From positions 1 to 56,210 of IMG/VR virus record IMGVR_UViG_3300020420_000018: a DNA stretch of 56,210 nt; one strand, written 5' to 3'. The translations under genes were made by a program, and so were the position numbers. Of this stretch, positions 26,880-37,068 are shown one piece after another. Numbering within the stretch: the first letter of the stretch is position 1; each line of letters begins with the position of its first letter. Under the pieces are notes generated by a model, which did no database searches, was not told the DNA's origin, and worked only from the letters and a program-made list of their open reading frames with translations. This DNA comes from a virus (Duplodnaviria > Caudoviricetes).

Positions 26880-29800
26880 ATGGCTGAACCAAGCTGGTAT
26901 GATTTTCTTATCCCTTCAAAAGAAACAAGAGACGCAATCGTAAAAGGTATTGAGTTAGGTAAAAGAGATGTTCGTATTTTAAAAGACGAAGGTCCAGAGG
27001 CTTTAGAGCTAAGACGTAAAGAAGAAGAGTTTTTAAATTTAGGTCATGACGATGATACAGCTGCACAACTTGCTAAAGATGCAATCGCTAATGACAAGCG
27101 ATTTAGAATAATTCCAAAAGATATTAATTTTATTGGTGACGCCAAGGCATCTACAATAGATACAGAAGAAACAGAAACAGAAGAAGTTAAAGATATTAAA
27201 ACAACAGACAAAGTTGGATTAGGTGACAAAGACGATTACGAAGTAGGTTTAGGTCAATCTTTAACTGGAGCTGTGGTTAGTTCAGCTATTAAGTTTCCTA
27301 AAGGCATAATTAATTTTGGTACACTAGTTTATGATGCAGCAACAGGTGACGGTATTGATGTTGATGAAAGTGTAACAGAAAGATTTAATAGAGCATTTGA
27401 TAAAACTATTTTTGGTATAATAGAAAATCAAGCAGAGGAGGACGCAAGAGCTACAGCTGCAGGTCATTTAACAGAGGCGTTCTTACAAATATTTAATGCA
27501 GCTAAACTTGGTACGAAAGTATTAGGACCAGGTATTCAATACGCTAGTAGAAAAGGAAGAGAGCTGGCACCAGAGTTGGTTAAAGCAGTTAAGACAAATA
27601 GATATGGTAAATTGGATGACACTGCGACCGCTGTAACAAAAGCCGCTACTAAATCTAAACAACTTAATGCACCAAATCGTTTTGATAAATTTGCAGCTGT
27701 ATCTATTGGTGGTGGTTTTGGAGGTGGTGCTATTGTTATGAAATCCGAAGACATAGGTACATTTGGAGATTTAAATGCGTTAGACTTTTTAGGGACAGGT
27801 TTAGACAGAAAACAAAAAGAAGATGCCAACGAAGATGCATTTAGACAACTTAATAATAAATTTAAATTTAGTGCGGAATTAGCTTTTCCTATTGTACCGT
27901 TTGTTTATGGCACAGCAAAAACTGCTAAACTACTTGCTACAAAAGGTAAAGATCTTGCATTTAGTAATTCACAAATAGAAAGATGGGTTGATAAATTTGT
28001 AGGTAAACCATTTAGATCTAGAAGTGATAAGGCTCAAGAATTGTTTGATGCTGTACAAAAATTAGAAGGTAACAAAAGTGCAGTTAGACTTACAGCTGAT
28101 GATGCAGCTAAAAATTTTGACGACGCATTAAAAAAGATTTCTAGAAATAGCACTAAAGCATCTGAAGCTATACAGAATCCTCTTCAATTATCAGAATTGT
28201 TTTCTAATTTTTTATTAGCAACTGACGATGTAGTAAGTAAAGGTAGAATATTATTTAAAGGTTTTTCTGATAAATCATTAAAAGCTTTTAGAAAATCTAT
28301 GGATGAATTAGGAGTTAATAAAGAAAGCATTGATGAACTAATTAGTAATGGTGTTGATTTTAGAACAGTTGCCGCTCGTCTTAAAAATACAATTGCACAA
28401 GGTAAAAACGTTAAAGTTGCTACAGATGAATTAAATACAATACTAAACAATAGAGTTAAATATAATCTGGGTGCTGACTATAAAATCTTTGACATGAATA
28501 TGGGATTGTTTGATGGGTTTAAACCTACGTTAGCAGCTAAAGAAGATGTAGCTAAAATTATTCAAAGGTATCATCTTAACAATGGTGAAAAAGGTTTTTC
28601 TATAGACGACGCTATGATTGTTGTTAACAATATACTTAAACGTGTAACTAAAGATCCGGTAACTAAAACACCTAATTTTCCTATCGGCACAGCTAATATT
28701 TTAGATGATGCTGCTGTACAAATAAAAAATATGAGCGAGAATGTAACTGGTGGTGGTAAATTTAAAGCAGATAAAATAGGTGGTTTAATACAAACTAAAT
28801 CTGATCTTGCAGCTTTTAATACTTTGTTTGGTAAATATAAAAACGCAAAGAACACCATATTCAACGTTATGACTGATCTTGCTGATATAGTATCACGAGA
28901 TAAATTTTACACACAGTTATTAAATGATAGTGAAAGATTATTAAAAGAAGGTGGAAGACCTTTATTTTACAAATCATATAACGAAGCTTTAAAAAATTTA
29001 CCTTATCAAGAAATAATACGTGCACCCTTAAAACTTAATACTAGATTATCTGATCAAGTATATTCATCACCTTTAGATGGTTTGTTTACAAGCAGAACCT
29101 GGGCAGAATCTATTAAACAGGGAGATGAAATTTTAGGTAGTGCATTAACAAGATCACTTCCATACAGAGCACTTTTACTAATACCTAAAGGTTTATCACA
29201 AGCTGGTAAAACTATTCTTGGTCCTTTTACACACTTAAGAAATTTTTTTTCTGCTGTGTTTACTACAGTGCATAGTGGTAATATTTTAATACCACCACAA
29301 AAATTAGCTCAGTTTTTTTATCAAGCTGTTAAATCTGCACAACCAGAATTATTGTACCGGGCAACAGGAAACCCTAGATTTAGAAACACGCCTGAAGATC
29401 AAGGATTGTATAAATTTTTATTAGAAGAAGGTGTAGTTAATCAAAACATTATAGCTAGAGAGGTTGAAGGTTTATTTGGAGACATAACATTAGCGGGTAA
29501 AAGTAATGAGTCTGCTGAAGTATTTTTTAATAAGTTAGTTAATACAACAACAGAAAAATTTAAAAAAATATATAAAGCTGCTGCAGATACATATACAGCT
29601 GAAGACGATGTATTTAGAATTACAAACTTTTTAGCAGAAGGATATAAATACAAGGAAGCTTACACATCAGCTCTTAAATCAGGTTTAATTACTAAAATGC
29701 CTACTGATTTAGAAATTATGAAACAAGCAGCTAAGATAGTTAGAGAAACAGTTCCTAACTATGCGTATGTATCTGATTTTGTAAAAGGTATAAGAAGATC

Positions 29801-31184
29801 ACCTCTAGGTAGTTTTGCATCATTTCCTTCGGAAATTTTTAGAACAGGTGGTAACACAACTATGCTTGCTGTTAAAGAAATGAAAGACCCTATATTCCAA
29901 TCTATTGGTATGAAAAGATTAACTGGTCAAGCTTTAACTTATGCATTCTTCCCTCTTGCAGCTATGACTGCAGGTTCTGCTTTATATGGTATAACAAAAG
30001 ATAAAATAACAGCCATGAGAGAGATACTTCCAATATGGTCAGAGGATAATACTATTATTGGCATATACGAAGATGGTAAATACAAATACATAGATTTTAG
30101 TCATGGTTTTTTTTACGACACTATGATTCAACCTGTAAATACTATCATGTCTAATATTGAAAGAGCAAAAGCTGCTAATGAGGATGATCCACTTATTGTT
30201 GGTTATGCAAATGGTTTAACAAGAGCTTTAGGTAAGGTATTAGAACCATTTTTTTCTGAATCTATTTGGTTTGGTGCAGTAACAGATATATTACTCAGAA
30301 ATGGTATAAAAGATAATGGTAGCCCTGTTTGGAATCCAGAGGATAGTTTAATGACTAAATGGACTAAATCTACACAACATGTTGCATATACATTATCACC
30401 TGGATCATTACCACAGATACGAAGACTAACTAATGCTATAATGAAAAAATCTCAAAAAGGTGTAAACTATGAAATACCTGATGAATTATTAGGATTTGTA
30501 GGTTTTAGAAAAGTACCATTAGATATAGAGAGAAATTTAAATTTTAAAATAGCAGAATTTCAAGATGCAAAAAGAAATGAAGGTAGAAAAATATTTGAAG
30601 ATCTTAGAACAGGTGATCCTATAACAGATCCTAATTTATTAATTAGACAATATTTTGAAGCCAATAAATCTTTTTATGAAGACATGAGTAAACTTAGAAG
30701 AGTATATGATGCAGTTAAAACTTTAGGTATGAGAGATAAAAAAATTGAAGATAATTTTGCGATAAGAAATGAAGGTCCTTTGTATGAGGATATAGAAAAT
30801 AATAAATTTTATCCAATAGTAATTACATCAGGTCAGATAGAGGGTGTAAAAGAATTAGCTAAAGATAAAAATATACCTGATATTTTTTCAAGACAAGTAG
30901 AACGTATGATAGATAGAATGGAAAGGGATATGCAAAGACTTAAGTTAAATAAAGATTTTGATTTAGATATAAATAACTATTTATTAAAAACCCAACAAAC
31001 ATCTGAACTAATAACACCACCAATACCTGTGCAAGTTTCAGATGCAAGGCCAAACCCTCAAATAGTAAACAGCGGACAAATGGCGCAACTAAATGAAGGA
31101 TTGACGCGAACAGAAAACGCATTATTATCCGATGAAGAAAAAGCTATCAAACTAAGAGATAGAGGATTGGATCAACTAACATAA
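26880..31184 (+). CDS. Large internal virion protein (ejectosome-like)
   Basis: 1434 aa helical protein at the end of the structural module; THLRNF, PLGSFASFPSEIFR; SD GGAGG. Confidence 0.6.
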   Translation: MAEPSWYDFLIPSKETRDAIVKGIELGKRDVRILKDEGPEALELRRKEEEFLNLGHDDDTAAQLAKDAIANDKRFRIIPKDINFIGDAKASTIDTEETETEEVKDIKTTDKVGLGDKDDYEVGLGQSLTGAVVSSAIKFPKGIINFGTLVYDAATGDGIDVDESVTERFNRAFDKTIFGIIENQAEEDARATAAGHLTEAFLQIFNAAKLGTKVLGPGIQYASRKGRELAPELVKAVKTNRYGKLDDTATAVTKAATKSKQLNAPNRFDKFAAVSIGGGFGGGAIVMKSEDIGTFGDLNALDFLGTGLDRKQKEDANEDAFRQLNNKFKFSAELAFPIVPFVYGTAKTAKLLATKGKDLAFSNSQIERWVDKFVGKPFRSRSDKAQELFDAVQKLEGNKSAVRLTADDAAKNFDDALKKISRNSTKASEAIQNPLQLSELFSNFLLATDDVVSKGRILFKGFSDKSLKAFRKSMDELGVNKESIDELISNGVDFRTVAARLKNTIAQGKNVKVATDELNTILNNRVKYNLGADYKIFDMNMGLFDGFKPTLAAKEDVAKIIQRYHLNNGEKGFSIDDAMIVVNNILKRVTKDPVTKTPNFPIGTANILDDAAVQIKNMSENVTGGGKFKADKIGGLIQTKSDLAAFNTLFGKYKNAKNTIFNVMTDLADIVSRDKFYTQLLNDSERLLKEGGRPLFYKSYNEALKNLPYQEIIRAPLKLNTRLSDQVYSSPLDGLFTSRTWAESIKQGDEILGSALTRSLPYRALLLIPKGLSQAGKTILGPFTHLRNFFSAVFTTVHSGNILIPPQKLAQFFYQAVKSAQPELLYRATGNPRFRNTPEDQGLYKFLLEEGVVNQNIIAREVEGLFGDITLAGKSNESAEVFFNKLVNTTTEKFKKIYKAAADTYTAEDDVFRITNFLAEGYKYKEAYTSALKSGLITKMPTDLEIMKQAAKIVRETVPNYAYVSDFVKGIRRSPLGSFASFPSEIFRTGGNTTMLAVKEMKDPIFQSIGMKRLTGQALTYAFFPLAAMTAGSALYGITKDKITAMREILPIWSEDNTIIGIYEDGKYKYIDFSHGFFYDTMIQPVNTIMSNIERAKAANEDDPLIVGYANGLTRALGKVLEPFFSESIWFGAVTDILLRNGIKDNGSPVWNPEDSLMTKWTKSTQHVAYTLSPGSLPQIRRLTNAIMKKSQKGVNYEIPDELLGFVGFRKVPLDIERNLNFKIAEFQDAKRNEGRKIFEDLRTGDPITDPNLLIRQYFEANKSFYEDMSKLRRVYDAVKTLGMRDKKIEDNFAIRNEGPLYEDIENNKFYPIVITSGQIEGVKELAKDKNIPDIFSRQVERMIDRMERDMQRLKLNKDFDLDINNYLLKTQQTSELITPPIPVQVSDARPNPQIVNSGQMAQLNEGLTRTENALLSDEEKAIKLRDRGLDQLT

Positions 31185-31405
31185 TGCCAAACGGAGACAA
31201 ATTAAAACCCAAAACTACAAGAGAGCACTTGCTTTCTATTTATGGATATATTACTGGATTAAAAAACGATGTTAAACATATGCATGATGGTATACACGAT
31301 TTGGGCGGTAAGATAGACAAGATCTATTGGGTGTTATTGGGTACTGTTGGGGCAGTATCACTTCTGCTATTAGAAAAGGTTTTAGATAAAAACTGGTTGT
31401 TTTAA
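31184..31405 (+). CDS. Small coiled-coil + TM protein
   Basis: 73 aa, C-terminal TM IYWVLLGTVGAVSLLLL. Confidence 0.65.
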   Translation: MPNGDKLKPKTTREHLLSIYGYITGLKNDVKHMHDGIHDLGGKIDKIYWVLLGTVGAVSLLLLEKVLDKNWLF

Positions 31406-32841
31406 ATCCAAGATTTTAATTCTTCACCCATAACATCGTTAGCAATATTCATTTTAGTACGTAAAGCTTTTTGGATTTTTATATCTATAGTATCTTCAGC
31501 TACTAAATCAATATAAGTCATAGGTTTAGTTTGACCAATACGATCAATACGTGCTTCTGATTGTAAACGTTTTTCTAAATCATAACCATTAGAATAGTAA
31601 ATCATTGTACTAGCTGCAGTTAATGTAATTCCAAAACCACCTGTACCTGTTGTACCTACAAAGAATCTACACTCAGGATTTTCTTGAAACTTTTTAATAT
31701 TTTTTTGTCTGTCTTCTGTGGCTGTTGCACCATAATAATCAACTACAGAATTTTCTCCAAAGTGTTTTTTTATTTCTTCTATAATTCTTCTACAGTCTTC
31801 TACGTAATAAGACCAGATAACTGCTTTACCTGATATCTCCCAAAGTATATCCATTAACTCTGTTAATCTATTACACGGAAGTTGTTGAGGTTTGCCATCA
31901 TCTGTTGCATGATAGCCACAAGATATTTGATGCAATCTTAATAACTGAACCATGACAGTAGATGTGGAACAAACTTTACCTTCTAACTCTGAGATTGCAT
32001 ACTTTCTCATTTCATCATAAAGTTTTCTTTGTATGCCTGTAAGATCTATCTTACGTGTTAAGAAAGTTTTTTTAGGTAAATCTAAACAGTCGTCTTTTAA
32101 AACACGTTCACTAAATACTTTTATCTTTGCTTCTAGTTCAGGTATGTTTCTTTTGTTTGGACCGACAGGAACGCTAACAGATCTAGATCCTAAGTTCATA
32201 GTTTTCATAATACAGTAGTGAGCTCTGTACGCCCAAAAAGAATCAAAGCCTAAAAGATAATTATCTAAAAAAGCTGCTTGACTAAATAAATCTAACGGTG
32301 AATTTGTAATTGGTGAACCTGTTAATATTCTTCTATACTTAGCAAGTGGTTTTAAAGATACAATATTTCTAGTTCTATTTGCTGTAGGAGTTTTAATAGT
32401 TGTAGATTCATCGATTGCCATCATAGCTTTATGACAAGATAAAAAACGTCTAGCAAACTCTGTAGCTTTTGGATATGAAAAAGCTTCTACATTCATAACT
32501 AAAATATGAAAGTCAGTTCCGGTTGCAAACATTGTATTTAATTCTTTTATTTTTTCTATAGAAGAATTAGACGTCTCCCAAAGCACAACTTTCTTTTCAA
32601 TGTGATCTACCATGTGAGTTGGTATTTCACCGTCGTACCAGTTTTTGTAAACACCTTTAGGTGCTATTAATAATAGGCCATTTATCTCACCTTTATCGTA
32701 AAGCATAGATGCATTGTCTATTAATACCTTAGATTTACCTGTACCCATTTCCATAAAATAGGCAAAGTATTCTTTATCCCAAGAACGCTCTAATGCTTTT
32801 AATTGATGAGCATATGGCTTCGTTTTAAATTTGTAATTCAT
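31402..32841 (-). CDS. SNF2-family helicase
   Basis: MEMGTGKS, DESTTIK, LTGSPITNSPLDL, QSEARIDRIGQ. Confidence 0.9.
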   Translation of the reverse strand: MNYKFKTKPYAHQLKALERSWDKEYFAYFMEMGTGKSKVLIDNASMLYDKGEINGLLLIAPKGVYKNWYDGEIPTHMVDHIEKKVVLWETSNSSIEKIKELNTMFATGTDFHILVMNVEAFSYPKATEFARRFLSCHKAMMAIDESTTIKTPTANRTRNIVSLKPLAKYRRILTGSPITNSPLDLFSQAAFLDNYLLGFDSFWAYRAHYCIMKTMNLGSRSVSVPVGPNKRNIPELEAKIKVFSERVLKDDCLDLPKKTFLTRKIDLTGIQRKLYDEMRKYAISELEGKVCSTSTVMVQLLRLHQISCGYHATDDGKPQQLPCNRLTELMDILWEISGKAVIWSYYVEDCRRIIEEIKKHFGENSVVDYYGATATEDRQKNIKKFQENPECRFFVGTTGTGGFGITLTAASTMIYYSNGYDLEKRLQSEARIDRIGQTKPMTYIDLVAEDTIDIKIQKALRTKMNIANDVMGEELKSWI

Positions 32842-32864
32842 GTTTACTTTTACTTTCTAATTGT

Positions 32865-32893
32865 TATATATTACTTGAAAGTTAAAAAGTCAA
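32865..32893 (-). promoter_or_regulatory. Putative promoter of the SNF2 gene
   Basis: Minus-strand TTGACT-17 bp-TATATA in the divergent gap. Confidence 0.55.
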
Positions 32894-33228
32894 TGAGCAA
32901 AGTTTATTTAATCCAAGACATACCAGGAACCGGCAAAGGTGAACCTAAATATAATATTGTTGGCGCACAAAAATATGGTGATATTGTGTCTTTGCTTCCA
33001 GAGTTTTCACAAATGATTCATTCACCTGGACCATTAGTTATGAAACTTAGAACGCTTCTAAAAAACTATACCGAAGAAGATTATCTTTTATTATCAGGTG
33101 ACCCTGCTATCATAGGTGTAGTATGTTCTTTAGTTTCAGATACAACCAATGGTAAGTACAAACTTTTAAAATGGGACCGTCAAGAAAAAACTTATTATCC
33201 TATAGAAGTAAATATTTTTCAAAAATAA
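32893..33228 (+). CDS. Hypothetical protein (DYLLLSGDP)
   Basis: Probable start MSKVYL at 32893 after GAAAG. Confidence 0.7.
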   Translation: MSKVYLIQDIPGTGKGEPKYNIVGAQKYGDIVSLLPEFSQMIHSPGPLVMKLRTLLKNYTEEDYLLLSGDPAIIGVVCSLVSDTTNGKYKLLKWDRQEKTYYPIEVNIFQK

Positions 33229-33229
33229 G

Positions 33230-33257
33230 TTGACACCAAATTTTTTATAACTATATT
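33230..33257 (+). promoter_or_regulatory. Putative promoter of the replication operon
   Basis: TTGACA-16 bp-TATATT. Confidence 0.55.
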
Positions 33258-33318
33258 TCGAATTGCAAAAAGGAATTATTATTAATGATTAAACTAATAA
33301 ACATATATAAGGAAAGCT

Positions 33319-33867
33319 ATGACTATAAACTTACGCGAAGATGCACCGAACCAGGTGTCAAACGTCAATCCCGACGAACTCTCAAAAGAAATTAATACAC
33401 TTCAAGAAATCAAACAAGAAGTAATTAATCAAGAGAGTAAATTAAAACTACTCAAAGAAAGAGAGAAATATTATTCTAACATTATTATACCTGATCTTAT
33501 GGATCAGTTAAATCTTAAAACATTAAAACTAAAAGACGGATCAGAAATATCTGTTAAAAATGTTTTTGGTGTCTCTATCATTGCAGCTAAAAAAGAAGAG
33601 GCACACGACTGGCTTCGGAATAACGGACTAGGTGCGATTGTGAAAAACGAGCTCACAGTCAAGTTTGGTCTGAACGAAGATATCAAGGCGGAGCAATACG
33701 CTTCACTTGCACGAGGACAAGGTTATGAACCCGATCGGAAAATTGCAGTTCATGCCGGAACCCTTAGAACAACTTTGCGGGACTTTCACGAAAAAGGTGG
33801 CAGGATACCTGCAGAGTTGTTCACAACGTTTGAAGGCAATCAAACGGAAATAAAAAACAAAAACTAA
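33319..33867 (+). CDS. Conserved replication-module hypothetical protein
   Basis: 182 aa; IPDLM...LKLKDGSEI...AHDWLRNNGLGAIVK. Confidence 0.7.
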   Translation: MTINLREDAPNQVSNVNPDELSKEINTLQEIKQEVINQESKLKLLKEREKYYSNIIIPDLMDQLNLKTLKLKDGSEISVKNVFGVSIIAAKKEEAHDWLRNNGLGAIVKNELTVKFGLNEDIKAEQYASLARGQGYEPDRKIAVHAGTLRTTLRDFHEKGGRIPAELFTTFEGNQTEIKNKN

Positions 33868-33900
33868 ACTACTAAACTAACAAACATTAAGGAGTAAAAT

Positions 33901-34671
33901 ATGGATAAAGAAGTAGTACAAAAGAATAGTGCAGGATCACTTGCAACTATCAATCTCAGAGGTGACTCTGGTAAGGGCACAGAAGAAATTAAATCGGACG
34001 ATGTATCGACACCGATCTTAAAAATTCTTCATCAACTTTCACCTGAGTGTAATGAACGAGATGCAAAACATGTTAAAGGGGCAAAACCTGGCATGATATA
34101 TGCAGCAGGCTTCACGCAACTTATTGATGGTAATGAGGGATTAGATGTGATCGTTGCTCATTCTCAAACTAGATATCCGGAATGGCAGGAGAGAGGCGAT
34201 AGTGCTTCAGCTCCAGTCGGAACTCATTTAGAGATTCCAGCGGATGGTGTAGAAGAGAAGAACGGTAGATATAGATTACCTAACGGTAACTATGTAGAGA
34301 AAACTGCATATTTCTATGTGTTAGCATTATCTGAAGGTGAACCTAGACCGGCAGTAATTGCTATGCGATCTTCAAACCTTACACCAGCAAGAGAGCTAAA
34401 CAATCTGATCAAGAATCTTAGATTTTCTGATGCAGAAGGTTCTTTCAACCCAGCAGCATTCTCAGCAGTTTATAATTTAAAAACTGTTGGTAAGACAGCT
34501 GGGAGTAAAAGCTGGCATGTCTACAAACCATCAAGAGTAAGAAATCTTGATGTCAGTAATAAAAAAGATGCTGAACTATATGAAGTTGCACAACAACTTC
34601 AAAAGACAGTATCAAAAGGTGCAGCACAACCAAAATACGATGCGCCTAAAACTACTGGAGACATTGTATAA
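33901..34671 (+). CDS. ssDNA-binding protein-like
   Basis: PILKILHQLSPE...GAKPGMIY; upstream of primase; function inferred from context. Confidence 0.5.
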   Translation: MDKEVVQKNSAGSLATINLRGDSGKGTEEIKSDDVSTPILKILHQLSPECNERDAKHVKGAKPGMIYAAGFTQLIDGNEGLDVIVAHSQTRYPEWQERGDSASAPVGTHLEIPADGVEEKNGRYRLPNGNYVEKTAYFYVLALSEGEPRPAVIAMRSSNLTPARELNNLIKNLRFSDAEGSFNPAAFSAVYNLKTVGKTAGSKSWHVYKPSRVRNLDVSNKKDAELYEVAQQLQKTVSKGAAQPKYDAPKTTGDIV

Positions 34672-34700
34672 CCGAGTACTTTGATGAGTACACTGGCCAC

Positions 34701-34734
34701 GGAGGGCGCCTATGGGAGACTACGGGCGCCTTTC
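34701..34734 (+). terminator. GC-rich hairpin between SSB-like and primase genes
   Basis: GGAGGGCGCC...GGCGCCTTTC stem with TGG-GAGA-CTA cap. Confidence 0.55.
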
Positions 34735-34741
34735 ATAAGTT

Positions 34742-36370
34742 ATGAAAGATTTTGAAAAATATTTTAGCGGATTAAAAAGAGACTTTGGTTTCTGTAATGT
34801 AAAGAACGGATACCACGATCCTAAAACTAATAAACTTAAATTCGACCCAGGGGATTATGGTTGGGCAAAGCGACCTATTACAGATAAAGATTATCAAGAT
34901 CATTTAAAAGGACAAAAATCAATAGGGCTACAAGCGTGTGATGACGAAAGCATGGCTAGCTTTGGTGCAATTGATGTTGACCCTGATGACTATGAAAAAT
35001 TTGATTTACAAAAGTATTTAAAAATTATTGATACAAAAAAACTACCTGTCATACCTATTGAATCTAAAAGTGGTGGATTACATATTTATGTATTTACTAA
35101 AGAAAAAGTACCTGCATCTTTAATTAGAGAATTTTTATCTAATCTTTTATTCTTATTTGGATTACCAGCAAAGACAGAGATTTTTCCTAAACAAACTTCA
35201 TTAGGTAAAAATCAAAATGGAGAAAGAACTACTGGTAGTTTTATTAACCTTCCATATTTTAATGGTAACGAACGAAGAGCATATAGACCTGATGGTAGTA
35301 AAATGGATTTAGATTATTTTTTAAAAGTAATTGAAGCTAACTTACAAACAAAAGAAAGTTTACAAGAAGTTAGTAATAAAAAAATAAAAGAAGTATTGAC
35401 CGGTGGACCTGAAGAGTTTGCAGATGGTCCTCCATGTTTACAAATGATTTGCAAAGAGATACAGGAATCAGGGACCAAATTAAAAGATGAAAGAGATAGA
35501 TTTTTATATAACTACATGGTGTTTGCTAAAAAGAAATTTAGTGAGAACTGGGAAAAGAAAGTATTAGAAGCAGCTAGAAATTATATTCTTTACGATGAGA
35601 TCTGGGGTGATGGTAAAGTAGAAGAAAAGATTAAGTATTGGAAAAAAGATACAGCAGGTTTTAAATGTAATGATTTACCTATTTCATCTTATTGTGCGAG
35701 GGGCACATGTCTTAAGAGAAAGTTTGGTATTGGTGGTCATTTTGATTCGCAGTGGCCATCAGTATCAGGTTTAATTAGAATCATGTATAAACCAGATCAT
35801 GAATATTTTTTTAACGTCGAAGTAGCTGCAGATAAGATAGTGCAGGTGCATGCTAAAAGTATAAAACAATTCAACGAGATGAAACAAATGCGTAGTTTAA
35901 TTGCAGATCATACTACAACGTATCCACCCAGCATTAAAGAAAAAGAATATCAAAATGTATTGAATGGATTATGGGCAACTATGGAAACAATTCAACCACC
36001 TGCAGGTACAAACCCAATAGATATGTTGAAAAAAGAATTATTTGATTATGTTAACGGACCAAACGCTGGAACATATGCATCGTTTAAAAGTGGTGCTGTA
36101 TTATTAGAAGATCAAAACTTTTATTTTATATACGATAAGTTTTATGACGAATTAAAACGTGGAGACTGGACTCAAGAACGAGCAAGAACAGCAACTATGA
36201 TTAAACAATATTTTAAAGGTGAGTTTGATTGTCAAAAAAGATTTCCAAAGGGTGATAACGAAGAATCATTTCCACCATTAAGAGTTTTAAAACTTCCAAA
36301 GGAAGGTTTAGAAAAAGAAGACATCCCCGATGAACTAATAGAAATAGAAGATAAGGAGAATATAGTATGA
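34742..36370 (+). CDS. AEP-superfamily DNA primase/polymerase-like protein
   Basis: FGAIDVD, ESKSGGLHIY, EIFPKQ, GSFINLPYF, GPPCLQ. Confidence 0.75.
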   Translation: MKDFEKYFSGLKRDFGFCNVKNGYHDPKTNKLKFDPGDYGWAKRPITDKDYQDHLKGQKSIGLQACDDESMASFGAIDVDPDDYEKFDLQKYLKIIDTKKLPVIPIESKSGGLHIYVFTKEKVPASLIREFLSNLLFLFGLPAKTEIFPKQTSLGKNQNGERTTGSFINLPYFNGNERRAYRPDGSKMDLDYFLKVIEANLQTKESLQEVSNKKIKEVLTGGPEEFADGPPCLQMICKEIQESGTKLKDERDRFLYNYMVFAKKKFSENWEKKVLEAARNYILYDEIWGDGKVEEKIKYWKKDTAGFKCNDLPISSYCARGTCLKRKFGIGGHFDSQWPSVSGLIRIMYKPDHEYFFNVEVAADKIVQVHAKSIKQFNEMKQMRSLIADHTTTYPPSIKEKEYQNVLNGLWATMETIQPPAGTNPIDMLKKELFDYVNGPNAGTYASFKSGAVLLEDQNFYFIYDKFYDELKRGDWTQERARTATMIKQYFKGEFDCQKRFPKGDNEESFPPLRVLKLPKEGLEKEDIPDELIEIEDKENIV

Positions 36371-37068
36371 CGAAAGCACCTAGTGTTTATATATCGATGC
36401 CAACATATGATTTAATGCAAGTATCAACTTGTCTATCGTTGGTTAAGTTGTTTAATAAATTTACTCTTGCAAAAATAAAAGCAGAGATAGGAACATTTAA
36501 ATGTCCGTACGTAGGTTATGGTAGAAATGTATTGACCGCTATGTTTTTAGAATCTGGTTTTGATTATCAATTATTTGTAGATGCAGATATGGAGTTTGAA
36601 CCAGATGTGGTAGGGCGTATGATCATAGCTCAAAAGGATGCTATCTGTGTGCCATACAGAAAGAAAACACAAGACAACGTTGTTAAATTTTCTGTAGAGT
36701 TTGATAATCCTTTGGATATTAAAATAGATGAAAAAGGTATTGTAGAATTAAAAGTTGGACCTGCAGGATTAACATTAATTCATAGAAAGGTTTATGAAAA
36801 ACTAATGAAAGACAATCCACACTTAAAAATAAAACAAAAAGAAATTATATCTGAAAAGGCTAATACATATTTTTATAATTTTTGGGATACAAGTTTTAGT
36901 AAAGATGGCACGTGGTGGGGAGAAGATACTAACTTTTGTAATTTAATTAAAAAATCAGGATTTAAATTTCATGGTATCGTTGATGGTCAAACCACGCACC
37001 ATGGATCATACGGCTGGAGTGGATCATTAAAAGATGGATTTAAAAAAGCCGATGCACAAGATCAATAA
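36367..37068 (+). CDS. Glycosyltransferase-like protein (GT-A fold)
   Basis: YQLFVDADMEF, PAGLTLIHRKVY, WGEDTNFC; resembles ORF 23243. Confidence 0.65.
   Translation: MTKAPSVYISMPTYDLMQVSTCLSLVKLFNKFTLAKIKAEIGTFKCPYVGYGRNVLTAMFLESGFDYQLFVDADMEFEPDVVGRMIIAQKDAICVPYRKKTQDNVVKFSVEFDNPLDIKIDEKGIVELKVGPAGLTLIHRKVYEKLMKDNPHLKIKQKEIISEKANTYFYNFWDTSFSKDGTWWGEDTNFCNLIKKSGFKFHGIVDGQTTHHGSYGWSGSLKDGFKKADAQDQ

Noticed and set aside
24227-31122. Many minus-strand ORFs inside internal virion genes
   Set aside because: Antisense shadows of long plus-strand genes, with no SD or motifs
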